Shown here: positions 44,591 to 54,048 of the stretch, in pieces
How the letters are laid out: the number at the start of each line of letters is the position of its first letter
Position numbering within the stretch: the stretch's first letter is position 1
Source of the DNA: Eubacteriales bacterium
Lineage (GTDB): Bacteria; Bacillota; Clostridia; Oscillospirales; CAG-272
Length of the DNA stretch: 64,000 bases
Direction of reading: 5' to 3'
Assembly (NCBI GenBank): GCA_045653705.1
Contig: JAZOMG010000006.1
Location: forward strand, 25,972-89,971
Notes under the pieces: model-generated
Database searches by the model: none
What the model was told of the DNA's origin: nothing
What the model saw: only the letters and a program-made list of their open reading frames with translations
Translations under genes and position numbers: made by a program

Positions 44591-46984
44591 TTAAGCGCGA
44601 AGCGTAATATTAAACGCCTTATTGAGAGCCGTCAATATTTTTCCGCTTATTTTCTCTGCTTCTTCTACCGTAAGTGTGCGGTCGGATGCTCTGAGAGATA
44701 CTCGAATGGATACCGACTTTTTATTTTCTCCAACCTGAGGACCGCGGTAAATATCAAACAGAGAAATGCTTTCAACAAGCTTTCCGCCTGCCTTTGCCAT
44801 TTCTTCCTCTATTGTACCGACCTCAATATCCTCATCGCATACAAACGAGAAATCGCGGGTTGTAGCGGGGAACTTAGGCAGAGGAGTATAGAGCTTTTCT
44901 GTTGCCATCATTGAGAAGATAGCCTCGAAATCTATCTCAGCCGCATATACGTCGCAATCTACACCGTAGTTCTGCATTACGAGAGGATGTACTTGTCCGA
45001 GAATTGCCACCTGCTTTTCTCCCACAAAGAGACGGGCGCATCTTCCCGGGTGATAGGATACTGCATCTTTTTCGGAACGGATGGTGTATTTATCTATTCC
45101 CGCTATCTTCAATACATTTTCACAAACACCCTTGAGTGTGTAGAAATCGCAATCTCCGTACATTCCGACGGCAATAACCTTATCTTCATTAGGAAGTGTA
45201 TCCGCGCCTGTAGGAATATATACAGTGGCAATCTCGAACAGGCGAACGTCGTTGTTGTTGAAGTTATAATTTCTTGCAATGACTTCAAGCATAGAGGGGA
45301 GAGAAGTTGTTCTCATAACGCTTGTGTCCTCGCCGAGAGGATTGGAAATAACCACAGAGCTTCTGAGCTTGCTGTCGTCGGGAAGCCTGATTTTATCGTA
45401 GTATTTGGGGCTTATAAACGAGAAGGTCTGTATCTGGTTGATACCCATTCCGCACATAGCGTGCTCAAGGTCTACCTCAAACTGCTGCTTAGGCGTTCTG
45501 CCGCCTTGTGTCATTTCTCCCTTTATGAGAGTAGACTTGATATTGTTGTATCCGTAAATACGTGCTATTTCTTCGGCAATATCATTCATACATCCAAGGT
45601 CAGCACGGAATGTGGGAGGGATAAGCTTTCCATTCTCAACCTTTACGTCAAGCGCCGCTAAGGTTTTTTTCATATCCTCGTAAGAAATATCTGTTCCGAG
45701 GAAGCTGTTTATCCTCTCAAAATCAAAGTCGAGAACAACAGGTTCTGCCTTTGTGGGGTATACGTCGATATATTCATTTACGACCTCACCGGCACCAAGC
45801 AATTCGATAAGCTCGCAAGCTCTTTCAAGTCCACCGAAGCAGTTTTCAGGGTCAAGACCCTTTTCGAAACGTGCTGAGCTTTCGGTACGCATACCGTTTT
45901 TCTTAGCTGTAACACGAACAGATGCTCCGTTGAAGCAAGCGGATTCAAACACGATAGTTTTTGTATCATCCTTGATTTCGCTGTTAGCTCCGCCCATAAC
46001 ACCCGCAAGGGCAACAGCGCGTTCCTTATCGGCGATTACGAGCATATCGCTGTTAAGAGTATGCTCCTGATCGTCAAGGGATTTAAAGCTCTCGTTATCG
46101 TTAGCTCTGCGTACAACTATTGACGAGCCGTTAAGACAGCTGTAATCAAAGGCGTGCATAGGCTGACCGTACTCAAGCATTACGTAATTTGTAATATCTA
46201 CGATGTTGTTTATGGGTCTTACACCGCTTGCCCGCAGACGCATACGAAGCCAAAGGGGAGAAGGCTCTATCTTTACGTTTTTAACAACTCTCGCCATGTA
46301 TCTGTAGCAAAGGTCGGGTGCGTCAATCTTTACAGAGAGATAATTGCTTATCTTATCTCCGTCGTTAGCGCATTTTACAACAGGTGTATGAAGCGTTAAC
46401 GGGCGGTTAAAGGATACGGCTGTTTCTCTTGCAAGTCCTATAACAGACAGACAGTCGGGACGGTTTGACGTTATTTCAAACTCCACAACCGTGTCGTTGA
46501 GCATAAGAGCCTCGCGAACATCCATACCTATTTTATCAGCATAGCTGTCATCAAGTATGAGTATTCCGTTGGGATCTTTTCCCGGCATATCGTGCTCTGT
46601 AAGCTCAAGCTCGCCCATAGAGCAAAGCATGCCGTCCGATTGAACGCCGCGAAGCTTGCCCGATTTGATAACGATATCCCCGGGGAGCTTTGCTACGGGA
46701 ATAGCCGCGGGAACGATAGCACCCTCAAATACATTTTGCGCGCCTGTAACTATTTGAGCGATTTTTCCGTTTCCTATTTCAACCTGACATATTTGCAGGT
46801 GGTCGCTGTTTTCGTGAGGCTCAATTTTTATAATCTTGGCAACAACAACGTTTTCAATATTACTGCCAAGCTCTTCAAAGCATTCTACCTTCGAGCCCGT
46901 GTCAGTCATTCTGTCGCAGTAATCCTTTGAGGATATATCACTGACATCGACAAAATCCGACAGCCAATTTCTTGACAAATTCAT
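44591..46984 (-). CDS. pheT: Phenylalanine--tRNA ligase beta subunit
   Basis: 797 aa. N-terminal tRNA-binding OB domain, B3/4, B5 and a C-terminal FDX-ACB domain. PheT-like sequence throughout. Confidence 0.95.
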   Translation of the reverse strand: MNLSRNWLSDFVDVSDISSKDYCDRMTDTGSKVECFEELGSNIENVVVAKIIKIEPHENSDHLQICQVEIGNGKIAQIVTGAQNVFEGAIVPAAIPVAKLPGDIVIKSGKLRGVQSDGMLCSMGELELTEHDMPGKDPNGILILDDSYADKIGMDVREALMLNDTVVEFEITSNRPDCLSVIGLARETAVSFNRPLTLHTPVVKCANDGDKISNYLSVKIDAPDLCYRYMARVVKNVKIEPSPLWLRMRLRASGVRPINNIVDITNYVMLEYGQPMHAFDYSCLNGSSIVVRRANDNESFKSLDDQEHTLNSDMLVIADKERAVALAGVMGGANSEIKDDTKTIVFESACFNGASVRVTAKKNGMRTESSARFEKGLDPENCFGGLERACELIELLGAGEVVNEYIDVYPTKAEPVVLDFDFERINSFLGTDISYEDMKKTLAALDVKVENGKLIPPTFRADLGCMNDIAEEIARIYGYNNIKSTLIKGEMTQGGRTPKQQFEVDLEHAMCGMGINQIQTFSFISPKYYDKIRLPDDSKLRSSVVISNPLGEDTSVMRTTSLPSMLEVIARNYNFNNNDVRLFEIATVYIPTGADTLPNEDKVIAVGMYGDCDFYTLKGVCENVLKIAGIDKYTIRSEKDAVSYHPGRCARLFVGEKQVAILGQVHPLVMQNYGVDCDVYAAEIDFEAIFSMMATEKLYTPLPKFPATTRDFSFVCDEDIEVGTIEEEMAKAGGKLVESISLFDIYRGPQVGENKKSVSIRVSLRASDRTLTVEEAEKISGKILTALNKAFNITLRA

Positions 46985-47013
46985 TGTATTTCTCCTAAAT
47001 CTTCTTTATACTA

Positions 47014-47820
47014 TTAGCCTCTTGTCTTACCGCCGGCAACATTGAGCGTTACACCGTGAATATAGGAAGCCTGCTCGCTTGCCATGAATGCGACGGTGGA
47101 AGCGACCTCAGAAAGCTTACCCGAGCGTCCGAGCGGTGTTGTGCCTGTTTTGCTGTAGCCTGCGCGAAGCTGATCTACGGTGATACCTCTTGTATATGCA
47201 AGAGCTGTCTCGTAAGAAATAGTGCGGAGACCTGTTGCTTCAAGAATACCGGGGGCAATTCCCACAACGCGGATATTCTTCTTTCCAAGCTCCTTTGCCC
47301 AAGAGCGTGTAAGGGCGTTGACTGCCGCCTTGGAAGCTGCGTATACGCTCTGTCCCTCAGATCCCTCGAGTCCGCACTCAGAGGACATATTTACGATAAC
47401 ACCGCCACCGTTCTTCAGCATTACTCTTGCGGCTTCCTGAGAGCAGTAGAACAGACCTTTAAGGTTTACGTTCATCACCTTATCCCAAACAGCTTCGTCA
47501 AGCTCATACTGTCCTGCTTCGTCAACAAGCAAACGGGGAATATTAATACCTGCGTTGTTTACAAGAATATCTACCTTTCCAAAGGTCTCAACAGCTTTGT
47601 CAACCATATTCTTAACGCTCTCGCGTGATGTAACGTCGGTTGCCACGTAAAGAACCTGTCCGTCCTTTGCGCCGCTAAATTCGGGAGCAGTGGGGTTAAT
47701 GTCGCATACAACAACGTTTGCGCCGTCCTTTATAAATTCTTCAACGGTAGCGTATCCTATACCCGAAGCGCCGCCTGTGATTATTACTGTTTTGTTTTCA
47801 AGATTCAACCAATTGCTCAT
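47014..47820 (-). CDS. Short-chain dehydrogenase/reductase (SDR) family oxidoreductase
   Basis: 268 aa. TGGASGIG cofactor motif, NNAG, catalytic S..YAASK, and PG. Separated from pheS and pheT by 33 and 29 nt, with its own AAGGAGA Shine-Dalgarno. Confidence 0.85.
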   Translation of the reverse strand: MSNWLNLENKTVIITGGASGIGYATVEEFIKDGANVVVCDINPTAPEFSGAKDGQVLYVATDVTSRESVKNMVDKAVETFGKVDILVNNAGINIPRLLVDEAGQYELDEAVWDKVMNVNLKGLFYCSQEAARVMLKNGGGVIVNMSSECGLEGSEGQSVYAASKAAVNALTRSWAKELGKKNIRVVGIAPGILEATGLRTISYETALAYTRGITVDQLRAGYSKTGTTPLGRSGKLSEVASTVAFMASEQASYIHGVTLNVAGGKTRG

Positions 47821-47853
47821 TTTAAAATCTCCTTTAATAGATATATTTTTTAA

Positions 47854-48867
47854 TCAAAATTGTTCAAGGAACCGAACGTCGTTTTCGTAAAGAAGACGCA
47901 TATCATCAATTCCAAATTGCTTCATTGCCAAGCGTTCAATGCCCATACCGAATGCAAAGCCGCTATATACCTCGGGGTCTATTCCGCAGTTTGAAAGCAC
48001 AAAGGGGTGTACCATTCCTGCGCCAAGTATCTCTATCCAACCCTCGTTTTTACAAACGCGACAGCCCTTACCGCCGCAAACAAAGCAGGAAACGTCGATC
48101 TCGGCAGACGGCTCGGTAAATGGGAAGTGGTGGGGACGGAAGCGCAGGCGTGTATCCTCTCCGAAAAACTCCTTAGCAAACGTTTCCATCATACCTTTCC
48201 AATCTCCCATAGTAACGCCCTTATCTACAACCAATCCCTCGACCTGATGGAACAGGGGAGAGTGGGTTGCGTCAACGGCATCGGAGCGGTAAACACGACC
48301 GGGAGAGATTACTCTGATAGGCGGTTTCTGCTTCTCCATGGTTCTGACCTGTACGGGGGAGGTCTGTGAGCGGAGAAGTATGTTTTCAGTTATATAAAAT
48401 GTGTCCTGTGTATCTCTCGCGGGGTGATTTGGGGGAATGTTGAGGGCTTGGAAGTTGTAATAATCGTATTCAACCTCAGGACCCTCGGCAATAGAAAATC
48501 CCATTCCGATAAATATATCCTCTATCTTTCTTTGAACAGCGGTGAGAGGATGTATATGTCCTATCTTTGATGCACAAGAGGGAAGTGTAACGTCAATCTT
48601 TTCGGATATAAGCTTTTCTTCCAACTGCTTTTGTTTAAGCTGTTGCGCTTTTTCTGAAAGAGCTTCTTCTATCGCTCCTCTGACCTCGTTTGCGAGCTGA
48701 CCTATTATAGGTCTTTCCTCGGCGGACAAAGCTCCCATTCCGCGCAATACGGATGTAAGCTCACCTTTCTTTCCCAGATACTGAATACGTATCTGCTCAA
48801 TATCCGCATCCTTTGCGGAAATAGCAGACAAGGCATTCTCTCTGATGCGTTGCAATGTTTCTTTCAT
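47854..48867 (-). CDS. pheS: Phenylalanine--tRNA ligase alpha subunit
   Basis: 337 aa. Class II aaRS motifs ([35 protein letters not shown]). Confidence 0.95.
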   Translation of the reverse strand: MKETLQRIRENALSAISAKDADIEQIRIQYLGKKGELTSVLRGMGALSAEERPIIGQLANEVRGAIEEALSEKAQQLKQKQLEEKLISEKIDVTLPSCASKIGHIHPLTAVQRKIEDIFIGMGFSIAEGPEVEYDYYNFQALNIPPNHPARDTQDTFYITENILLRSQTSPVQVRTMEKQKPPIRVISPGRVYRSDAVDATHSPLFHQVEGLVVDKGVTMGDWKGMMETFAKEFFGEDTRLRFRPHHFPFTEPSAEIDVSCFVCGGKGCRVCKNEGWIEILGAGMVHPFVLSNCGIDPEVYSGFAFGMGIERLAMKQFGIDDMRLLYENDVRFLEQF

Positions 48868-48904
48868 TGTCTTGTCCTTTCTTTATCTTGAAAAATTAAT
48901 TATA

Positions 48905-49158
48905 AACATAACAAAACCCCGTCCCATACGAATATAGGACGGGGAAAATAAACCGCGGTACCACCTAAATTTTGATTTATAAAATCAACACTCAAAAGCT
49001 ATAACGGCGCTTACCCGTACCAAGCTACTTTTTGTAATTTCACAAGGTCTCCTCCGAAGTGAAATGCAAGTTCTCTGCCTGTAACCGCTTTCAGCCGTGG
49101 CGGTCTCTCTGTAACGTAGCGTTGAAAACTGCGAGCTTCATCATAGCATTTTATTTCA
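48905..49158 (-). promoter_or_regulatory. T-box riboswitch leader, Phe specifier (UUC), upstream of pheS
   Basis: On the minus strand: AGAGAG box in Stem I, specifier loop ..AUUUCA.. (UUC plus A) closed by GAAG/CUUC, the T-box sequence AUUUAGGUGGUACCGCGG (48952-48969), and terminator CCCCGUCC-N12-GGACGGGG plus UUUU (48913-48946). Confidence 0.85.
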
Positions 49159-49165
49159 TCTTGAA

Positions 49166-49194
49166 TATTATATCACAGATGCGTTTTTATTTCA
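49166..49194 (-). promoter_or_regulatory. Sigma-A promoter of the pheS T-box leader
   Basis: On the minus strand: TTGAAA (49194-49189), 17 nt spacer, TATAAT (49171-49166). Confidence 0.6.
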
Positions 49195-49211
49195 AGAGGA
49201 TTTTCAAAAAA

Positions 49212-50867
49212 TCAGAATTTTATTATACTTTCATCCCACATATCGGGAGCGTCGTATCCCATAAGGTTAACCATAGTTGCGGCAACGTTGGAAAGACCGA
49301 AGCTTCCGTTGTCATCCTTTACTGTATAGCTGTCCTTGTAGAAGTTATCGTAAATGATGCAAGGAACGGGATTAAGAGTGTGGCTTGTTTTAGCCTTAAA
49401 GCATCCGTTTTTATCTGCCTTGGGCATACCCGTCTTTTTATCTATCTCGTACATTTCATCAGCGTTTCCGTGGTCTGCTGTAATGAGGGCAACGCCCTTT
49501 GCCTTATCAACAGCGGCGATTATTCTCGCAAGCTGAAGATCAAGAGCTTCCATAGAGCATCTTGTAGCAAGAAGCGAGCCTGTATGACCTACCATATCTC
49601 CGTTGGGGAAGTTTACGCGCAGATACTTATATTTGCCGGATTCGATACACTCTATAAGCTTATCGGTAATCTCTGCGCACTTCATCCAAGGTCTTTGCTC
49701 AAAGGGAACAACGTCCGAGGGAATCTCTATATATGTTTCAAGCTCCTCGGAGAATTTGCCCGAGCGGTTTCCGTTCCAGAAATAGGTTACGTGTCCGTAT
49801 TTCTGAGTTTCGGAAATTGCAAGCTGGTTTACACCTGCGTTTGCAAGGTATTCGCTCATAGTATTGGTTATCTCGGGAGGAGATACAAGATATCTGTGGG
49901 GTATATGAAGGTCTCCGTCATATTCAAGCATACCCGCGTATACAACAGAGGGAACTCTCTTACGGTCAAACTTATCAAACTCACCCTCAGCGGCATCAAA
50001 CGCCTTGGATATCTCAATAGAACGGTCGCCGCGGAAATTAAAGAATATAACGCTGTCGCCGTCATTGATCGTTCCAACAGGCTTGCCGTTCTCCGCAATT
50101 ACAAAAGGAGGAAGATCCTGGTCTATTACCTTAAGCTCGTCTCTGTATGTCTTTACAGCTTCTGCCGCGCTTGCGAAATATCTGCCCTCTCCGAGAACGT
50201 GGGTCTGCCAGCCTCTGTCTACCATAGACCAGTCAGCCTCGTATCTGTCCATCGTTATTTTCATACGTCCGCCGCCGGATGCGATTTTAATATCAAAGTC
50301 AGCAGAACGAAGCTCGCCTATGAACGCCTCGAAAGGTTCAATATATTCAAGCGCGCTTGTCTCGCCAACGTCACGTCCGTCTATGAGAATGTGAATGCGA
50401 ACTGTCTTTATGCCCTCGTTCTTTGCCTGAAGTATCATTGCCTTAAGATGGTCTATATGAGAGTGTACGTTACCGTCAGAGAACAGACCGAGGAAATGAA
50501 GCACGCTTCCGTTATTATTTACGTTGGAAATTATAGCCTTCCAAGTGTCGGATGCGAACATTTTTCCGCTTTCAATGGACTGAGATACAAGCTTTGCTCC
50601 CTGAGCAAATACCTGACCCGCACCGAGAGCGTTGTGACCTACCTCGGAGTTACCCATATCGTCATCAGAGGGAAGTCCAACTGCCATTCCGTGAGCCTTC
50701 AGCTTAACGGTGGGGTATTTTTCCATAAGCATATCAAGTGTGGGAGTATATGCGCCCTTAACCGCATTTGCAATAGTATCGGGGGCAATTCCAACGCCGT
50801 CCATTACTATTGTCAGTACAGGTCCGTCAACTCCGTTAAATTTAGAAAGTTTTTTCAATTCTGCCAT
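49212..50867 (-). CDS. gpmI: 2,3-bisphosphoglycerate-independent phosphoglycerate mutase (long ~550-aa form)
   Basis: 551 aa. iPGAM motifs seen: VMDGVGI, MGNSEVGHNALGAG, TADHGNAD and VGHTG. Confidence 0.9.
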   Translation of the reverse strand: MAELKKLSKFNGVDGPVLTIVMDGVGIAPDTIANAVKGAYTPTLDMLMEKYPTVKLKAHGMAVGLPSDDDMGNSEVGHNALGAGQVFAQGAKLVSQSIESGKMFASDTWKAIISNVNNNGSVLHFLGLFSDGNVHSHIDHLKAMILQAKNEGIKTVRIHILIDGRDVGETSALEYIEPFEAFIGELRSADFDIKIASGGGRMKITMDRYEADWSMVDRGWQTHVLGEGRYFASAAEAVKTYRDELKVIDQDLPPFVIAENGKPVGTINDGDSVIFFNFRGDRSIEISKAFDAAEGEFDKFDRKRVPSVVYAGMLEYDGDLHIPHRYLVSPPEITNTMSEYLANAGVNQLAISETQKYGHVTYFWNGNRSGKFSEELETYIEIPSDVVPFEQRPWMKCAEITDKLIECIESGKYKYLRVNFPNGDMVGHTGSLLATRCSMEALDLQLARIIAAVDKAKGVALITADHGNADEMYEIDKKTGMPKADKNGCFKAKTSHTLNPVPCIIYDNFYKDSYTVKDDNGSFGLSNVAATMVNLMGYDAPDMWDESIIKF

Positions 50868-50988
50868 TTCAGCCTCCTAAAAGAAATATTATTCCAATCT
50901 TATATAGTATAACTCTAAAACGATTTTTTTTCAAGTAGGAAATTAAATATTTTTTGATTTTTTGTCAATTATTTTATTATGAGCGGGA

Positions 50989-51017
50989 TTGACAGGCAAT
51001 GCGTGATATGATACAAT
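50989..51017 (+). promoter_or_regulatory. Consensus sigma-A promoter of the TerB/ATPase/helicase cassette
   Basis: TTGACA (50989-50994), 17 nt spacer, TACAAT (51012-51017), with an extended -10 TG at 51009-51010. AAAGGGGGA Shine-Dalgarno before the ATG at 51058. Confidence 0.65.
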
Positions 51018-51057
51018 ATTATAATAAGCATTTTTATTTTTATGAAAGGGGGATAAT

Positions 51058-52656
51058 ATGACCGATAAGGATAAGCTTGACGATTTTTGGGATCTTTCGT
51101 CTCTTGTTCCCCAAAAGAGTATTTCTTTTTCGCCAGTGACGGCTGTAGAGCCTGTGGAAATAACGGCAGAGCCAAATAAAAAAGACGAAGCTGACGGTAA
51201 AAATGATACGGTTATAAAAAGATACATTCCCCCATATAACGGCAATTCAAGACTTACTCTTGACGAGCAGTTTGAAAAGATAGAAAGCTATGAGCCTAAA
51301 GGGGCGCTTATTCACAGGGTTACTGTTAAAAAGAGAAAAACACAATATAACTATTACGCCGAGTTTTTAAAAAACGCAATAGAATATATTGACGTTAAGG
51401 GATATAAATGCGATTTTGTTCCGTTCTTTTCATACGTTCCTATGTATGACCAAATGACAAATGAACAGCTATCCTATTATTTTTGGTTTCGTGAGAACGC
51501 AAAAAACGGAACGTTTATAAAAACCGATTACGGTTATTTGTTTGTCTATATTTTTGAAATATTGAATTTAGGAACAAGAATGGACGTAAAGGAAGCCCAG
51601 TGTATCCTTATGTCTCTTTGGAACGAATATCAAGAGGAATATCCCGCTATTTCGGGAAAGCTTGCGGATTGGATATGTGATTACGGTCTGTTGCACCGTT
51701 TGCCGCCGCCAACCTCTGTTAGCTCTAAAATAATACAAAAGGTTCATTCCCTTAAGGAATACTTTATATGCTTGCCTAAGGACGATATTCAAAGATGTGT
51801 GTTGACGCTTATGCGCTATTGCACGTCCTATGATTACAAAACGAGCAAATTCTACACTCCACAAAACAAGCCGCTTTTTGATAAGTATATAATAGGAGCG
51901 CTATCTGTTGCTGTTAAATATTATTCGACGGATGGCAATATACTTTCGGGGTTTGACTGTAACGACAGTACCGTTTCAAGAGACGTTTATGTGGGGGCTG
52001 TTTGCGTTGCCGAGCAAAAATACCGAATAGAGGTGAGCTACTGCTCATTTTCGAGGTCTAATGAACGCAGATTTCTTATAGGAGATATTATTAAATATTC
52101 CGAGAATAAGCTGAGAGCTTATATAGGAGTAAAGACGAAAATGACGGTATATTCATTAGCGACCGAGCTGCGCGGACTTATCGATAACTATTTTGCGGAA
52201 GCCCTACCGCCCAGACGGACATCTAAGCCCGTCACCGAAAAGCACGATTACGATATTTTGTATGACGTTCCCGCAAAGCCTTTGTCGCTTTCAAATGCCG
52301 CAAAAATCGAGGAGATATCCTGGAATACAACAAATGAGCTTGTAGGCGCGTTTGAGGAAGAGAATGACAAGCAAGAGCCAATTAAGGATATATCAATACC
52401 GAAAGCACTGCCTATTGAAGATACGTTAAAGCAGGACAACGACCCATTTGAGCTTTACAGACAGGTGATTTTAGCTACGTTAAACAGTGACAAAAATGCC
52501 ATAGCTGTATTTGCTAAAGCTCAGGGTAAAATGACTGACAGTGTTGTCGAAGCTATCAACGAAATAGCCTATGACGTTTTTGGTGACCTTTTGATAGAGG
52601 ATGACGGTGTGGGAAATTATACCGTCATAGAGGATTATAAGAATTATTTTATTTGA
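51058..52656 (+). CDS. TerB-N plus TerB-C domain protein (Shango SngA-like)
   Basis: 532 aa. The TerB-N-like block is FVPFFSYVPMYDQMTNEQLSYYFWFRENAKNGTFIKTDYGYLFVYIFEILNL. The TerB-C-like tail is AVFAKAQGKMTDSVVEAINEIAYDVFGDLLIEDDG. No TM helix. Confidence 0.75.
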   Translation: MTDKDKLDDFWDLSSLVPQKSISFSPVTAVEPVEITAEPNKKDEADGKNDTVIKRYIPPYNGNSRLTLDEQFEKIESYEPKGALIHRVTVKKRKTQYNYYAEFLKNAIEYIDVKGYKCDFVPFFSYVPMYDQMTNEQLSYYFWFRENAKNGTFIKTDYGYLFVYIFEILNLGTRMDVKEAQCILMSLWNEYQEEYPAISGKLADWICDYGLLHRLPPPTSVSSKIIQKVHSLKEYFICLPKDDIQRCVLTLMRYCTSYDYKTSKFYTPQNKPLFDKYIIGALSVAVKYYSTDGNILSGFDCNDSTVSRDVYVGAVCVAEQKYRIEVSYCSFSRSNERRFLIGDIIKYSENKLRAYIGVKTKMTVYSLATELRGLIDNYFAEALPPRRTSKPVTEKHDYDILYDVPAKPLSLSNAAKIEEISWNTTNELVGAFEEENDKQEPIKDISIPKALPIEDTLKQDNDPFELYRQVILATLNSDKNAIAVFAKAQGKMTDSVVEAINEIAYDVFGDLLIEDDGVGNYTVIEDYKNYFI

Positions 52657-52671
52657 CATACGGAGAATTAT

Positions 52672-54027
52672 ATGAGTAATAGCGTTGATATTCAAAGAAT
52701 ACCAAAAAGGATATTAAATTCACTTCTTGTATCGGTGTCCGCAGGGGTTGTGCCGAGAATAGGCGCACCTTATATTGCCATAGGACGGCGGGACGAGATA
52801 AGCGCGCTCCTTTCGGACCTTGAACAAATAAACGAGGGCGGTGGAACTATGCGTTTTATCGTAGGTCGCTATGGAAGCGGAAAGAGCTTTCTTATGCAGC
52901 TTATAAGGGGATATGCCCTTGAGCGTGACTTCATAACCGCCGATGCAGACCTTTCTCCCGAACGGCGCCTGTACGGTTCATCGGGAAGCGGAGTCGCAAC
53001 GTATCGTGAGCTTATAAAGAATATGGCATCAAAAACCTCTCCCGACGGCGGGGCGCTACCTAAAATGATAGCCCGTTGGATAGAGCTTTTAAAGTCCGAT
53101 ATTATTGCAGAGGGAATATCTCCCGACAGTGAGAAATTTAATTTGAGGCTTAACTCTCTTGTTTCTCAAAAAATGAGAGAGGTTGAATTTATGGTAGGCG
53201 GCTTTGACTTTTCGCGGGTTATTACCGAATACTATAAGGCATATACTGACGGAAACGACGAAAAGAGAAGCGCGTGTCTCCGTTGGCTAAGAGGAGAATA
53301 TTCAACTAAGACCGAGGCAAGGTCAGCTCTTGGCTTTTCGGTGTCTGTAATCATAGATGACGACAACTGGTACGATTTTATAAAGCTCTGGGCGATGCTT
53401 GTAAGATTTATTGGTTACAGAGGTCTTGTTGTTTTTATTGACGAGTGTGTAAATCTTTATAAAATAACACACAGAGTAAGCCGAGAGAATAATTACGAAA
53501 AAATACTTTCAATGTTTAACGATACTCTGCAAGGAAGAGCACCAGGGCTTGGACTTATTCTTGGGGGAACACCTCAGTTTATGGATGATACCCGAAGAGG
53601 GCTTTTTAGCTATGAGGCATTGAAGAGCAGACTTTGTGACAGTCGATATGCTTTGGAAGAATATAAAAATTATATAGGACCTGTAATCAGATTAAAGCGT
53701 CTGACCGATGATGAGCTGTTCGCTCTTATTTCCCGAATTACAAAGCTTTACGCTGTAAATTACGGCGCAGAGCCGAGAATTACCGAAGATGAAATGGTAA
53801 GATTTCTTGAAATATCCCTTTCAAGAGCGGGTGCTGAACAATTGATCACTCCCCGAGAGATGCTACGCGACTATATGACGGTTTTGAATATTCTTATGCA
53901 AAATGAAAACGTGACCTTCGAACAGGTCATAAACAAAGCATTTGCTGGAAGTGAAGAACAGGGCGCGGATAACGCAGGTACTTCTAAGAAAGAGAACGTA
54001 TTTTCGGCAGAGGACATAGAATTTTAA
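52672..54027 (+). CDS. DUF2791/BREX-BrxD-like P-loop ATPase (Shango SngB-like)
   Basis: 451 aa. Walker A GRYGSGKSF, Walker B LVVFIDEC. Starts 15 nt after the upstream gene, with its own Shine-Dalgarno. Confidence 0.75.
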   Translation: MSNSVDIQRIPKRILNSLLVSVSAGVVPRIGAPYIAIGRRDEISALLSDLEQINEGGGTMRFIVGRYGSGKSFLMQLIRGYALERDFITADADLSPERRLYGSSGSGVATYRELIKNMASKTSPDGGALPKMIARWIELLKSDIIAEGISPDSEKFNLRLNSLVSQKMREVEFMVGGFDFSRVITEYYKAYTDGNDEKRSACLRWLRGEYSTKTEARSALGFSVSVIIDDDNWYDFIKLWAMLVRFIGYRGLVVFIDECVNLYKITHRVSRENNYEKILSMFNDTLQGRAPGLGLILGGTPQFMDDTRRGLFSYEALKSRLCDSRYALEEYKNYIGPVIRLKRLTDDELFALISRITKLYAVNYGAEPRITEDEMVRFLEISLSRAGAEQLITPREMLRDYMTVLNILMQNENVTFEQVINKAFAGSEEQGADNAGTSKKENVFSAEDIEF

Positions 54028-54048
54028 AAACTGTAAGGAGAAAGAAAA

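Noticed and set aside
49059-50912. 617-aa ORF on the + strand, longer than any neighbouring gene
   Set aside because: It is exactly antisense to gpmI, whose translation carries unmistakable iPGAM motifs. The + strand product is low-complexity (rich in C, V, Y, F, R) with no start context. It is a stop-free antisense frame produced by the codon bias of a highly expressed gene.
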